A stretch of 51,851 bases of DNA from a virus (taxonomy: Duplodnaviria > Heunggongvirae > Uroviricota > Caudoviricetes), in IMG/VR virus record IMGVR_UViG_2923307698_000007, positions 1-51,851 of that record. One strand, written 5' to 3'. Position 1 is the stretch's first letter; every line of letters begins with the position of its first letter. The notes beneath the pieces were generated by a model. It saw only the letters and a program-made list of their open reading frames with translations, searched no databases and was not told the origin of the DNA. The translations under genes were made by a program, and so were the position numbers. Positions 1-10,053 of the stretch are shown piece after piece.

Positions 1-270
1 CTATTTCATTCCGCCAATATTTTCCCACGTCCCGTCAGCACGCAGGATTTGCAGCGGTCTTACCACGCACTGTATCTGCTTTTTATCCGCATCCAGTATC
101 ACCACCTGCGTGATTACCCTGGCCTGCTCCGGGATAATGCCATTCTCATCGGACTCCAGAATGTCTGCCGGTCCCAGTCGCAGCTGTGCTGTAAGTAACT
201 CCCCGTTTTCACGGTCATCATGCTTTCCGCAACCGCACAGACGCTGCATAAGTTTTTTTAGTATGTTCAT
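1..270 (-). CDS. Hypothetical small protein downstream of side tail fiber (possible tail fiber associated)
   Basis: 89-aa ORF starting MNILKK with AGGAG RBS; ATG at 268-270; stop of stf at 272-274; shares an LRLGP motif with the Stf C-terminus. Confidence 0.45.
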   Translation of the reverse strand: MNILKKLMQRLCGCGKHDDRENGELLTAQLRLGPADILESDENGIIPEQARVITQVVILDADKKQIQCVVRPLQILRADGTWENIGGMK

Positions 271-271
271 G

Positions 272-1585
272 TCATTCTCCTGTTCTGCCTGTATCACTGC
301 CCACTTCATCCAGCCCCTTGACATCCTGCCACGGCCCGTCACCAAACCTGACCTGCAAATGCTGAAAAAACCCCTGAACCCGTGTGGCATCTTTGGGGTC
401 AAGAAAGGTCAGTCCGGTGATGAGTGCGCCATCTGTATCCGGGAACCAGCCATTGCTGTTTGTCTCAATAATGTTTCCCGGCCCCAGACGGAACCGTATT
501 TGTGTCTCCCCCGGGTCGCCCTTCGGTCCCTGAGGTCCGGTTGCCCCCACCGGGCCAGCCGCACCTGTTTCTCCTTTCGGTCCCTGTGGGCCTGCCGGGC
601 CTGCCGCACCGGTATCTCCCTTTGGACCCTGTGGACCTGCATTTCCCGTCAGACCGGTCTCTCCCCGCTCTCCCCTGTCGCCTTTCGGCCCCTGCGGGCC
701 TGCCGGACCAGCATCACCTGCCGGCCCCCGTTCACCGGTTGCCCCTGCCGGGCCGGTGTCGCCACGCTCTCCTTTATCTCCCTTCGGCCCCTGAGGACCC
801 GCGGGCCCCTGTTCCCCCTTTGGCCCGGGAGGCCCCACCACGGTCGGGATTCGGTTTACGGCTTCTTCCGCCGCTATCCTGCTTTGTTCCGCTGACTGTG
901 CGCTTTCTGCTGACTCCCGGGCTTTTTCTGTTGCGGTCGTTGCATCCCTGGCTGCATTACCGGCTGCACTTTCTGCCGTCTTTCTTGACAATTCAGCTTC
1001 TGCTGCACTTTGTGATGACTCACTGGCTTTTTGAGCGGCCGCAGAGGCCGAGGACGAGGACGCCTCCTCTGACTGCTTTGCAGCGGCTGCACTTTCTGCC
1101 GCCTGCCGGGCTGACTCCGATGCATCCCCTGCTGAAGTGTCAGCATTTGCAGCGTTCTCTTCTGCCTGACTGGCTGATATGCCGGCATTCCTCGCGGACG
1201 TCTCTGCTTCTCCGGCATTCTTCTTCGCCTCCTCTGCGTGACGCGCTGCTTCTTCCACCATCAGTTCAAAACGGCGCAGTGCCTCCGGCCGGACGTCATC
1301 CTCCGACATGGCACCGAGAAAATCATTCAGCGTACCGGGTTGAGAATCTTCATACACGGTGATGGTCCCGGCATGTGACGGCGGGAATCCTTCCACCAAC
1401 AGAATGACGCTGTACTGACCGTACTCAACGTCCATGCTGTAACGACCGGCTTCATCCGGATTTTCAGAGGCCACCGTGTTCACCACCACCGTGCTGCTGG
1501 TCCGTCTGGCTTTCAGTTGAATGGTGCAGTTCTGTATTGGTTTTCCTGTGCCGTCTTTCAGCACACCTGAAATCTTTACTGCCAT
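272..1585 (-). CDS. stf: Side tail fiber protein, Stf-like, with collagen-like Gly-X-Y repeats
   Basis: N-terminus [16 protein letters not shown] matches recalled lambda Stf N-terminus; long GPxGxxG repeat tract; ORF track start is GTG at 1591, ATG at 1583-1585 preferred. Confidence 0.8.
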   Translation of the reverse strand: MAVKISGVLKDGTGKPIQNCTIQLKARRTSSTVVVNTVASENPDEAGRYSMDVEYGQYSVILLVEGFPPSHAGTITVYEDSQPGTLNDFLGAMSEDDVRPEALRRFELMVEEAARHAEEAKKNAGEAETSARNAGISASQAEENAANADTSAGDASESARQAAESAAAAKQSEEASSSSASAAAQKASESSQSAAEAELSRKTAESAAGNAARDATTATEKARESAESAQSAEQSRIAAEEAVNRIPTVVGPPGPKGEQGPAGPQGPKGDKGERGDTGPAGATGERGPAGDAGPAGPQGPKGDRGERGETGLTGNAGPQGPKGDTGAAGPAGPQGPKGETGAAGPVGATGPQGPKGDPGETQIRFRLGPGNIIETNSNGWFPDTDGALITGLTFLDPKDATRVQGFFQHLQVRFGDGPWQDVKGLDEVGSDTGRTGE

Positions 1586-1593
1586 ATTCACCC

Positions 1594-1623
1594 CACAAAA
1601 AAGCCCGCCTGAACCGGCGGGCT
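1594..1623 (-). terminator. Intrinsic terminator-like hairpin with U-tract between lom and stf
   Basis: 8-bp GC stem 1602-1609/1616-1623 followed on minus strand by U-run (plus A-run 1597-1601). Confidence 0.5.
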
Positions 1624-1649
1624 GTCATAACACTGTGTTACCTGGCTAA

Positions 1650-2249
1650 TCAGAATTTATAGCCGACACCCACGATGAAACCGTCAGTGCGCCAGTCGCC
1701 ACTGCCGGAACCTTCATAAGCAATATCAATTGCCACGGATTCGGTCGGGTTAAACTGCACGCCAGCTCCCCACGCCAGAGACGTGTTGCTGTGGCGACCG
1801 TCATCACTTCCGGTCAGCACATCGTGCGTTTTCCCCTTGTTGTCAGTTACGCGGAGATAATCCCCGGAAAAAGTCGACACACGGCTGTAAGCCACGCCCG
1901 CCATCGCATACGCACTGAACCATTCATTCACGCGCACAGACGGCCCCGCCATTACGCTGAACCAGCGGTTACGCACGGAATCTTCATGCCAGCGGGTATC
2001 GCTGTAATGGGTCAGCTGGCGATTCCTGTCTCCTGCATAGCTGAACGACGTCACCATCCCCAGTGTGTCCGTAAACTCATAACGGTATTTCACGTTAATC
2101 CCGTTCAGTTCATCGCTGCCGGGAACGCTCGTCGAGACATGAAGATACCCCGCGCTCAGCGTGGACTGATGTTCAGACGCCCATGCAGGCGCACCGGATA
2201 CGGCCAGACAAATGGCTGCGGACAAAATGGCGGCATAAAGTTTACGCAT
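1650..2249 (-). CDS. lom: Lom outer membrane protein (Ail/Lom/OmpX family)
   Basis: 199 aa with signal peptide; C-terminus IAYEGSGSGDWRTDGFIVGVGYKF matches recalled lambda Lom. Confidence 0.9.
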   Translation of the reverse strand: MRKLYAAILSAAICLAVSGAPAWASEHQSTLSAGYLHVSTSVPGSDELNGINVKYRYEFTDTLGMVTSFSYAGDRNRQLTHYSDTRWHEDSVRNRWFSVMAGPSVRVNEWFSAYAMAGVAYSRVSTFSGDYLRVTDNKGKTHDVLTGSDDGRHSNTSLAWGAGVQFNPTESVAIDIAYEGSGSGDWRTDGFIVGVGYKF

Positions 2250-2271
2250 AATTACCTCTCGCTTTTCTGCA

Positions 2272-2297
2272 ATAAAAAAGGCGTCATTTCTGACGCC
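2272..2297 (-). terminator. Intrinsic terminator downstream of J (tJ-like)
   Basis: 7-bp stem ggcgtca/tgacgcc at 2280-2297 followed on minus strand by U6. Confidence 0.5.
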
Positions 2298-2315
2298 CGT
2301 TATGGGTTATAAAAT

Positions 2316-3713
2316 TCAGCTGATACTGATACCTGCTGTGGATTTTTTCATCACCACAACCAGCAGATCGCTGATACTGGTTGTTGGTGTCCAGTTATTC
2401 GCTCCTGATGAAGATACGGTGAATGTCAGTGTCAGCGTCCCCTGTCCGGCAGGCATATCTATAACTGAAGAAAATACGCCCTGAGCATCCGTCGTGGACT
2501 GATTAAAAATCTCCTGACCATTGTGGGTCACTCTTAACCGGCAGGTTGAATACCAGTATGACTGTTGGTTATTACTGTTGAAATTCTCATGCTTACCACC
2601 GCGGAATAACACTGGCGGTATCATGACCTGCCGGTCAAACTTCTGATCATCACTGATTCTTACCGTGATGGTGCCACTGGCATAAGTGCTCGTGCGGGGG
2701 AAAGACTTGCTGACCGTTTTGACAATATCGCCTTCAATCTGGTTGGCTGACAGTTTCCCCTTAATCTGACAGTTCTCATTAATCGTGACGTTGTTGAGCG
2801 TCCCTGAGTTCGCATTCACACTGCCACTGATATCCGCATTTTTCGCCGTCAGTCGCCCGTCCGGCGTCAGGGAAAACGTCGGGGGGTTGCCGGATGACGT
2901 GATACTCACCGCAAACAGTCGTTTCAGGAACACGTCGTTCATGAACAGCTGATTCCCCTGCGCCACAAATAACGGCGTGCTGTTGCCGCTCTCCGGATTT
3001 ATCATCGCGATACGGTCAGCCAGCAGCAGTATGTTGCTCAGTGGCTGGCCATCAGTATCCTCAATCCCTGCACCAATCCCGGCCACATAGGGAATGCCGT
3101 CTTTCGTTTTTTGAACCTTCAGCATGTACAGCGCAGCCAGGTCATCATTTGTGTCCTTCTGCACGCGCTGTATCTGCTGTATGGTGGCGCTCTGGTTCTC
3201 CAGTGTTTTGTTGACCGTCTGTGTGATTTCATTGCGGGTTTCCGTGATGCTGGTCTTCATCTCCGCCATCTCATCTGCAAGCTGGCTGTTATCTATCAGT
3301 TCCCACAACCCCTGAGCCAGATGCAGTTTTCCTATTTTTTCCCGGAAAAATTCCAGATACCCTTCACCATCATTGCTGGGCTGCCCGCTGACTTCCACAA
3401 ACGCAGATTTCCCCACCAGGTTGACGCTGCGCACGTAAAACCAGAAATCCTTCCCGGGCTTAATGTGCGGGCCGGATACACTCCACTGACTGCCGGTCCC
3501 CAGATAACGGGCAGAGGTTTCCACCTGAGATGTGTCTGCGATTTTTGCCTCCGAAAACCAGAATTCAAACTGTACCGTCGGGTCATATACAGCCAGTTTC
3601 GGGACCGCCGTTATCTGAAAATAGCCCGGTGTCAGCTCAATCTGTGACGGCGCTGCCGGTGCGGCAATCCGGAACGATACCGACGCCGGATCGCCCTGCT
3701 GCCCCCCACGCAT
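2316..3713 (-). CDS. J: Tail tip host specificity protein J, C-terminal segment (frameshifted relative to N-terminal segment)
   Basis: Translation [18 protein letters not shown]...[10 protein letters not shown] matches recalled lambda J C-terminal half. Confidence 0.8.
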   Translation of the reverse strand: MRGGQQGDPASVSFRIAAPAAPSQIELTPGYFQITAVPKLAVYDPTVQFEFWFSEAKIADTSQVETSARYLGTGSQWSVSGPHIKPGKDFWFYVRSVNLVGKSAFVEVSGQPSNDGEGYLEFFREKIGKLHLAQGLWELIDNSQLADEMAEMKTSITETRNEITQTVNKTLENQSATIQQIQRVQKDTNDDLAALYMLKVQKTKDGIPYVAGIGAGIEDTDGQPLSNILLLADRIAMINPESGNSTPLFVAQGNQLFMNDVFLKRLFAVSITSSGNPPTFSLTPDGRLTAKNADISGSVNANSGTLNNVTINENCQIKGKLSANQIEGDIVKTVSKSFPRTSTYASGTITVRISDDQKFDRQVMIPPVLFRGGKHENFNSNNQQSYWYSTCRLRVTHNGQEIFNQSTTDAQGVFSSVIDMPAGQGTLTLTFTVSSSGANNWTPTTSISDLLVVVMKKSTAGISIS

Positions 3714-5796
3714 TTACCGCCCGGACTGTCAGCCTGTAGCTCCCCGGCGCCAGTTGCGTGAAGCGGTATGTGGTTTCCGTCGTCCGGGCCGTGCTGACCA
3801 GCCGCTCACTGCCGTCATCCGCGGCCACGGTCAGGCGAAGCATAAAGCTCACGCCCTTCACCACCTTCGGCGTGTCCCATTTCGCCTGTGCCAGATACTG
3901 ACCGTCAGCTGCGCTCACCTCCACCGTCAGGTGCTGCACTGCCGGAGGGATGACGCTGTTCAGGGTGCCTGACTGCGGCTCAAAGCTGGCCCCGTTATCC
4001 ACGATGGCTTCCTTTTCCGGTACGTGCTGCACCGCCGTGATGGCAAAGGTACCGTCCGTGTTTTCCCGGATGGAAACACAGCGGAACAGGCGACGACGCA
4101 GTGACGGCAGGGAGAGTCCCCACACACCGTATGTCTCCACGCCATCCGGCAGGGTACTGACCTGTATCCGGTCCGGCGCGGGGTGTGCGGTGATGTCCAC
4201 ACTCACCGGCTTACCGCTGCCGTTAATCAGGTTCACCGTGGCGGCACCTGTCTCCGGCAGGGTCACCTCACGGTCCAGTGTCAGGGTGCGGCTGGCGGCA
4301 TCAATGGACAGGACACGTCCGCCGGTCATGGTCCCGGCATAGTCGTTATCACAGATTTCAATAATGTCACCGGGTGTGTGACGCAGCCCCTGTGACCCGA
4401 GCGTGAAATCCACCGTCTGCGTTTCCAGCAGTCCGGTCTTTATCACCCACAGCCCGGCACGGTGGGCCTGACCGCGACTGGTGCAACCGAACGCATCCAT
4501 CTTCAGCAGGTTGCGCCCGTAGCGCAGTATGGCTTCCGGGTCTTCCACCAGTTCCGTGGAGGTCTGCCAGCCGTTCTGCGGGTCGGTGTAATTCACCTCC
4601 ACCGCCGTGTGGCGGTCCTTCAGGGCGCTGAAGCTGTAGCGAAACCCCACGCCGTTATCATCCACCACCACATCGCTGTTGGTGTACGGCCACACCACAT
4701 CCGACGGGCGGTCCTGAACGAACGTCAGCGTCTGGCCGTTCCATACCGGCATACAGCGCATCGCCGAGCAGAAATCACTGAGAACGTCCCACGCCTTACG
4801 CTGTTGTGACAGGTACGCATTAAAGGTCATCCGCGGCTCTGTGCCCCCGAAACCATCCGGGACCGTCTGGTCGCAGTACTGCGCAATGGCATACAGCGCC
4901 CATTTGTCCACGTCTGCCGCCCCCAGACGTTTTCCCATGCCGTAGCGCGGGTGGGTCAGCATGTCCCACAGGCACCAGGCTGGGTTGTTGCTGTATGCCG
5001 GTTTCAGACTGCCGTCCCAGATACCACTGTACGTGCGTTTTTCCGGGTCATAGTTTGACGGTACCTGGATGATGCGACCGCGGATATGGTAGTTCACCGT
5101 CATCTGCTGACCGCCAAACTGCTCCGCATCCACCTGCAGCCCCACAATCGCCGTGTTCGGGTAGCACTGTTTCACATCGATGATTTCGGTGTATGACGAC
5201 CAGAGCGTCTTATTCTGCAGCTGGTCCGTGGTGCTGTCCGCCGTCTCCCGGACCATCCGGATGTTAAAGGGACGGGGAGGCAGATTATCCAGAATCACCG
5301 ACGCCAGGTACTGTGAGGTGGTCTTGCCGTTAATGGTGACATCCTTTTCCGTCACCCAGTTACCGTTACGCTGCAACTGAATCAGCAGTCGGACAGAAGA
5401 GGGATTACGGTCGCCCTTTGAGGTGGTCTCCAACAGTGACTGCACCCCGAAGGTGACCCGCAGGCGGTCAATGTTCGCGGACGTAATGGTGCGCGTCACC
5501 GGCTTTGCTTTCGTCACTTCCACGCCCAGTGCGGTTTCAGCTCCGGAGGACTCAAAGCCTTCAGGTGGTGTCTGCTCCTGCTCCCCGGCGCGCCAGACCG
5601 CTGTCACACCATGTATCACAGGATTACCGTCCGTGTCCGTCAGCGGGGTTTTGTTCACCAGGATACTCTGCAGCCCCTTCACCGGACCTTCAATCGGCCC
5701 TTCACCAATCGCATCAATCACGCTCATCATCTGCGTGGACTTAAGATTGTCCTTTGCCTCAACCGGCGTGTGCGCCTTGCCGCCACCTTTGCCCAT
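3637..5796 (-). CDS. J: Tail tip host specificity protein J, N-terminal segment
   Basis: [22 protein letters not shown] start at 5794-5796 with RBS; strong similarity to recalled lambda J through residue about 690; frame ends after the G6 run at 3702-3707. Confidence 0.8.
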   Translation of the reverse strand: MGKGGGKAHTPVEAKDNLKSTQMMSVIDAIGEGPIEGPVKGLQSILVNKTPLTDTDGNPVIHGVTAVWRAGEQEQTPPEGFESSGAETALGVEVTKAKPVTRTITSANIDRLRVTFGVQSLLETTSKGDRNPSSVRLLIQLQRNGNWVTEKDVTINGKTTSQYLASVILDNLPPRPFNIRMVRETADSTTDQLQNKTLWSSYTEIIDVKQCYPNTAIVGLQVDAEQFGGQQMTVNYHIRGRIIQVPSNYDPEKRTYSGIWDGSLKPAYSNNPAWCLWDMLTHPRYGMGKRLGAADVDKWALYAIAQYCDQTVPDGFGGTEPRMTFNAYLSQQRKAWDVLSDFCSAMRCMPVWNGQTLTFVQDRPSDVVWPYTNSDVVVDDNGVGFRYSFSALKDRHTAVEVNYTDPQNGWQTSTELVEDPEAILRYGRNLLKMDAFGCTSRGQAHRAGLWVIKTGLLETQTVDFTLGSQGLRHTPGDIIEICDNDYAGTMTGGRVLSIDAASRTLTLDREVTLPETGAATVNLINGSGKPVSVDITAHPAPDRIQVSTLPDGVETYGVWGLSLPSLRRRLFRCVSIRENTDGTFAITAVQHVPEKEAIVDNGASFEPQSGTLNSVIPPAVQHLTVEVSAADGQYLAQAKWDTPKVVKGVSFMLRLTVAADDGSERLVSTARTTETTYRFTQLAPGSYRLTVRAVNAWGAAGRSGVGIVPDCRTGSAVTD

Positions 5797-5828
5797 TGTC
5801 TCACCCTTTACTGTGATAACTGTTACGC

Positions 5829-5860
5829 ACAAAAACAACAGGCATCCCGGAGGATGCCTG
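5829..5860 (-). terminator. Terminator-like hairpin with U-tract just upstream of J
   Basis: 9-bp stem caggcatcc/ggatgcctg at 5839-5860, U-rich tract on minus strand. Confidence 0.4.
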
Positions 5861-5995
5861 TATCATGACTGAATAAAAATTCTGAATATCTTCACATTTT
5901 CTGTACGCCCCCGTGGCAGATATCATTCCCGGGCGTTACAGTTTTTTCGGGCCAATAAAAACAAAACCCCCTGTGGTTAATCTTCATTTTCTGTT

Positions 5996-6033
5996 CCCGC
6001 AGCCTTCGGTCACTGCGGGATTTTTTCGCTTTT
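5996..6033 (+). terminator. Plus-strand terminator-like hairpin with T-run overlapping the 3 prime end of I
   Basis: 7-bp stem cccgcag/ctgcggg with 10-nt loop followed by TTTTTT at 6021-6026. Confidence 0.4.
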
Positions 6034-6712
6034 ATGCCTGCCGCCCGATAACCACCACCTTCCCGTCACCGCCTTCATCACGGGTACTGATGTCCTGAGA
6101 GATTCGCCGGGAGCCAACCAGCATTTCCCCGTAAGGCACCGGCATCGGGTTCCCCTGGGCAATCATGTTATCCAGCGAGGAAAAGTACGTGTTCTGTCTG
6201 CCGTTATCCGTGCTTTTGTACTCCGGTACTTTAGCCTTCGGGGCCAGCATCTGAGCCACACCACCCAGTATCATGCTGGCCCCCAGTGAAAACAGCATCG
6301 TGGTGGCAGAAAAACCACCGGCTGCCAGGGCTGAACCCCATAACGCCATTGATGCCCCGGCAGTGAAGAACGACCCCACGATGGCCGCCGCCCCCAGCAC
6401 AATCTGCAGTCCGCCCTTTCCGGCTCCGGCCAGTCGCGGCACAATATGGATGACCGCCCCCTCACCCAGAGGTTCGTGAAGACGGGCGTACACCGCCTCC
6501 GGTGCCGTGTCCTCACCGCGAATACGTATCTGGTACCAGCCTTCGTTCATCTGACGGCGGAATCCCGGCACCTGTAACGACAGCGCCCGGATGGCTTCCG
6601 CTGCCGTGTTCACATACAGGCTGAGGCGGCGGCCAAATCGTTGTAAATCCCCGTGAAGGCAGATACGTGCCAGTGGCGGTGACGCCAGGCTGAATGCGTT
6701 CGTCGTTGCCAT
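6032..6712 (-). CDS. I: Tail assembly protein I
   Basis: 226 aa; MATTNAFSLASPPLARICLHGDLQRFGRR resembles recalled lambda I; Gly/Ala-rich hydrophobic C-terminal half. Confidence 0.85.
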   Translation of the reverse strand: MATTNAFSLASPPLARICLHGDLQRFGRRLSLYVNTAAEAIRALSLQVPGFRRQMNEGWYQIRIRGEDTAPEAVYARLHEPLGEGAVIHIVPRLAGAGKGGLQIVLGAAAIVGSFFTAGASMALWGSALAAGGFSATTMLFSLGASMILGGVAQMLAPKAKVPEYKSTDNGRQNTYFSSLDNMIAQGNPMPVPYGEMLVGSRRISQDISTRDEGGDGKVVVIGRQA

Positions 6713-7347
6713 TTTTCGGAATACCTCTCCCGTTTACTCAGTTGTTCAGGCAGATGGTGAAGCAGCTCACCGTTGCCGCAGTAAATGGCGGCATGGTTCG
6801 GTACCGAAGCACCAAAGCAGCACAGCAGAATATCGCCCGCCTGTGCAGAGGACAGGGGCACCCGGTAAAAGCCGGTGACCGCCATATTGTCCAGGTAAAG
6901 GTTCTGACCGTTGCGCCACCAGTCATCCCCGCGATGAAAATCCGGCATTTCAGTCCCCGCCAGATGGTATGCATCCCGGAACAGGGTGTAACAGTCCGTC
7001 ACCCCGTGCTCAAAGCGCCGTCCCGTCAGGTGCGGCACGCAGCGGAATTTGTGAATGTCACCCCGGCAGACCAGCCACCAGGGCAGTGCGCTTTTTATCT
7101 GCAGCCGCCGGTCAGCCTCGCTCAGCCAGGGCAGACCACCGGGATGACTGTGGACCAGTGCCACAATCTCCCCCTGCATCTCTGCCCGCAGCCAGTCTTC
7201 CGGTGCAATACGAAAATACGCCTCCGGCTCTGCAGAGATATTCACACAAGGGATATACCGCTCCCCCTCCGGCGTGCTTACCACGAAGCCGCACGACTCC
7301 GCTGGCGCACATCGCCGGGCGTGCGCCAATATATTGCTATAGAGCAT
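6610..7347 (-). CDS. K: Tail assembly protein K (JAMM/MPN and NlpC/P60 domains)
   Basis: HSHPGG metalloprotease motif and Cys/His motifs; start set at internal ATG 7345-7347 with AGGAG RBS; 103-nt overlap with I. Confidence 0.8.
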   Translation of the reverse strand: MLYSNILAHARRCAPAESCGFVVSTPEGERYIPCVNISAEPEAYFRIAPEDWLRAEMQGEIVALVHSHPGGLPWLSEADRRLQIKSALPWWLVCRGDIHKFRCVPHLTGRRFEHGVTDCYTLFRDAYHLAGTEMPDFHRGDDWWRNGQNLYLDNMAVTGFYRVPLSSAQAGDILLCCFGASVPNHAAIYCGNGELLHHLPEQLSKRERYSEKWQRRTHSAWRHRHWHVSAFTGIYNDLAAASACM

Positions 7348-7401
7348 GAGAACTCCTGATAAAAAACCCAGCCGAAGCTGGGTCATTTCGTTGGCAATCT
7401 G

Positions 7402-8406
7402 TTAGTAGTGATGTAGTGAAGGAGGTAATTCTTTGTTCTTAAGCCTTACCCATGCGGAAAGATTCGTTGGTCCGTCTGGCTCATTAATATCAACATCTCG
7501 TGTGTGATTGATTAAAACGTCTCTCGCCATTCCAATAACATACGAGAACTCATGACCGTAGTTGTAACATCTGCCGGAATAGTTCGATTGAATTTGCTTT
7601 AGCGCTGGATACAATTCGCGGAATAATGCCTGTGAGCGGTTGGCATAATCCCATAGCCATACAAGGCTGTTTGCTTCTTTTGCGGAAAGCTCGTTGGTGC
7701 TCTTCTCTTGTTTGCCGATTAACTCTCCTTCAAGCGGAACGCGAGCAGCAAGTGACAGAGCTTCGGTAAACTGCTCCTCGCTGATTTCTTTGTATGAACA
7801 CCCAAAATGAGATTTCAGTGACGACCACATGGTGATCATCGCCTTCGCCTGTTTTTCTTTTGGCAGAGACTGACCGCGACTCATGACGAGTTGTTTAATG
7901 GCTTCCTGCTGTTCAGTGGTGATTTTCCCCGGCAATGCCTTTTTAGCTTTGCGCGGGTTAATCACATGGCCTTTAGTCCAGTACTCGTAGAGCACATCGT
8001 CACACTCTTCCTGATACTGGATTACCTTGTCGCGGATTTCAGGGCGGACTTTGTTTGGTTGAATGCTTGAAAGCCAAGCCGCAAATTTACGAAAGGCAAG
8101 ACATGTCATTAACTGTTTACCGCCAGCAGAAGGTATTTCGATTTCCGAAATACCCTTGACAAACCTCTGTTTTAACTTAACAAATTGAGCAGCCCAAACC
8201 ATCCCCATACCTTCAACAACAGGCTTCATAGGAACATAAGGCTCATTGTTAATTCCAACCAAAAAGAGATTTGTTCCGTGGAATGGAACATTGATTGTGC
8301 GATCTGCAATTGCTAAACTAGTCATATCAGTTTTCTCGTGGTTAACTGGTAATTTAGAAGCCTCAATGGTTGCAGCCATTGAGGCTTCGCTGTTTTTAGC
8401 GACCAT
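7402..8406 (-). CDS. ant: Antirepressor Ant (P22 immI-type)
   Basis: 334 aa; antirepressor-like N- and C-terminal regions; ATG at 8404-8406 with GAGGTG RBS, overlapping the arc stop. Confidence 0.7.
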   Translation of the reverse strand: MVAKNSEASMAATIEASKLPVNHEKTDMTSLAIADRTINVPFHGTNLFLVGINNEPYVPMKPVVEGMGMVWAAQFVKLKQRFVKGISEIEIPSAGGKQLMTCLAFRKFAAWLSSIQPNKVRPEIRDKVIQYQEECDDVLYEYWTKGHVINPRKAKKALPGKITTEQQEAIKQLVMSRGQSLPKEKQAKAMITMWSSLKSHFGCSYKEISEEQFTEALSLAARVPLEGELIGKQEKSTNELSAKEANSLVWLWDYANRSQALFRELYPALKQIQSNYSGRCYNYGHEFSYVIGMARDVLINHTRDVDINEPDGPTNLSAWVRLKNKELPPSLHHY

Positions 8407-8569
8407 TCGCCACCTCTTCCCTAACACCTTTTGCCAGCAAACGAACAATTGCAGAGTTCAGAGATATACAGTCCATTTCCGCCAGGCGGCGAAGGTCTTC
8501 ATTCAGCCGTGATGGAAGGCGAAGGTTGAGTTTGATATTTTTGCGCTCAGTGAAAAGTGTATCTTGCAT
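8396..8569 (-). CDS. arc: Arc-like ribbon-helix-helix repressor
   Basis: 57-aa ORF MQDTLFTERKNIKLNLRLPSRLNEDLRRLAEMDCISLNSAIVRLLAKG (absent from ORF track because under 60 aa); GGAG RBS; stop overlaps ant start. Confidence 0.55.
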   Translation of the reverse strand: MQDTLFTERKNIKLNLRLPSRLNEDLRRLAEMDCISLNSAIVRLLAKGVREEVANGR

Positions 8570-8676
8570 TATCTAATCTCCTTTATTTGGTGCCAAAGTG
8601 ACGCCATGAAGGCCATAATGCCACTATTGAAATCGTATGGCAATATGGCACCATGATTTTTTTTGAGAGATTTGCA

Positions 8677-8997
8677 ATGGCCGAAAAACAAGTAAAAGAC
8701 TACGACAAGTTCAACCTCCGTTTTCCTGACGGAATGCGAGATGCTATAGCTGAACGAGCCAAACGAAACGGGCGCTCTATGAACTCAGAGATTGTTCAGA
8801 TACTGGAAGATGCCTTGAATGCAGAAAATACACTCGGGGAAATAGCAGATAAAATTAACAGCGTCTCGGTTCCGCTAAATGTTGATGCGCTAGTTCAACT
8901 TCAAGCCCAGGTTATCGCCATGCAAAAAGAAATACAGGAAAAGTTCAGAGAGCAGAACGAAAAGTTGAGAGAACTACTAAATAAAAAACCCACCTGA
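8677..8997 (+). CDS. mnt: Mnt-like ribbon-helix-helix repressor
   Basis: FNLRFPDGMRDAIAERAKRNGRSMNSEIVQILEDAL resembles recalled P22 Mnt/Arc N-terminal fold; divergent from arc-ant. Confidence 0.65.
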   Translation: MAEKQVKDYDKFNLRFPDGMRDAIAERAKRNGRSMNSEIVQILEDALNAENTLGEIADKINSVSVPLNVDALVQLQAQVIAMQKEIQEKFREQNEKLRELLNKKPT

Positions 8998-9013
8998 CGG
9001 TGGGCATAATCCA

Positions 9014-9712
9014 TTACTGCGAAAGTTTATTAATGGAAAGGAAACCGCCAAAATTAGCCACCATGCCGCGCATCTCACACCCGCGCATGCACTTGCTGCA
9101 TCTGTCCTTACGGATATCCGTGGTGGGGTTGTCGAACTCATCCGCCACCGCAGGACCGTTATACCCGCATTCATCTCCCCGGTAATCCCACATACAGGTG
9201 TTCGCCAGCATGATGCGACCAGGAAACAGCGCCCCGTCCGTCTCCGTCGGTGTTGCCAGCACAAACGAGGCTGTCATGGCCGTCAGCTCTGACATCTGCT
9301 CCACCACCCAGCGGTCGCTCAGCTCCTGCTCCGGGTCCGCTTCCGGATTGCCCGCCACAAAATTCACCGCATCCAGAAAACGGGCATACACCCGGCGGCG
9401 GACCACCGTGGCCCCCACCAGGCTCTGCAGGTCCTCCGCCATCCCGGTGACCAGACCAAACAGATTGGACACCGTCAGCGACGGTCTGGCACTGCTGCCC
9501 TTCCCGTTCATCTCAAAACCGCTGCCGTCAATCGGGTATACCTGATATTGCCGCCCCTGCCAGGTGACCGCCTTCCCTTTTTCATTCAGCTCATTACAGA
9601 AAAAATACCGCTCACCGCCCTGCACCGTCAGGTCAATTTCCCAGAGCACCACCCGCGGTGACTGCTCTGATTTAACCGACTCGTTCAGGCTTTCTTCATG
9701 AATATTCTGCAT
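9014..9712 (-). CDS. L: Tail tip protein L
   Basis: 232 aa, same length as lambda L; position between M and K; Cys-rich C-terminus. Confidence 0.9.
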   Translation of the reverse strand: MQNIHEESLNESVKSEQSPRVVLWEIDLTVQGGERYFFCNELNEKGKAVTWQGRQYQVYPIDGSGFEMNGKGSSARPSLTVSNLFGLVTGMAEDLQSLVGATVVRRRVYARFLDAVNFVAGNPEADPEQELSDRWVVEQMSELTAMTASFVLATPTETDGALFPGRIMLANTCMWDYRGDECGYNGPAVADEFDNPTTDIRKDRCSKCMRGCEMRGMVANFGGFLSINKLSQ

Positions 9713-10053
9713 CAGTTCACCACCTGCTCAATCGTACAGCTGAAATCACTGTACCGGACGTTATCCGTGACGCTCCACTCCCGGCATACCACCCTGACCA
9801 TCCGGTTATGTTTCGGCGGTCGCCATAAAAAGGCACGGTAACCACCATGCCACGATAAAAATTCATCCAGCCAGCACCGGGTCGCCTCATCCGTCACCCG
9901 GAATACCGCCTGAAATGTCTTCAGTTGAGGATTCAGCCCTGTGGGGCGGCGCTGTTCATAACCGTCACCAAACCGTACCCTCGCCACCGACGGTTTCTCA
10001 CTCACCTGCATCCCTTCACGCGGGACCAGATGCAGCGTTTTTATCTCAGCCAC
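9712..10053 (-). CDS. M: Tail tip protein M
   Basis: 113 aa; RVRFGDGYEQRRPTGLN and C-terminal IEQVVN match recalled lambda M. Confidence 0.85.
   Translation of the reverse strand: MAEIKTLHLVPREGMQVSEKPSVARVRFGDGYEQRRPTGLNPQLKTFQAVFRVTDEATRCWLDEFLSWHGGYRAFLWRPPKHNRMVRVVCREWSVTDNVRYSDFSCTIEQVVN

Noticed and set aside
110-1362. Long plus-strand ORFs (110..895, 502..1362) overlapping the stf gene
   Set aside because: They are Pro/Arg/Leu-rich antisense shadows of the GC-rich collagen-repeat region, with no RBS or homology; the minus-strand Stf frame explains the region
3111-3647. 178-aa plus-strand ORF inside J
   Set aside because: Antisense to the conserved J coding frame; no independent support
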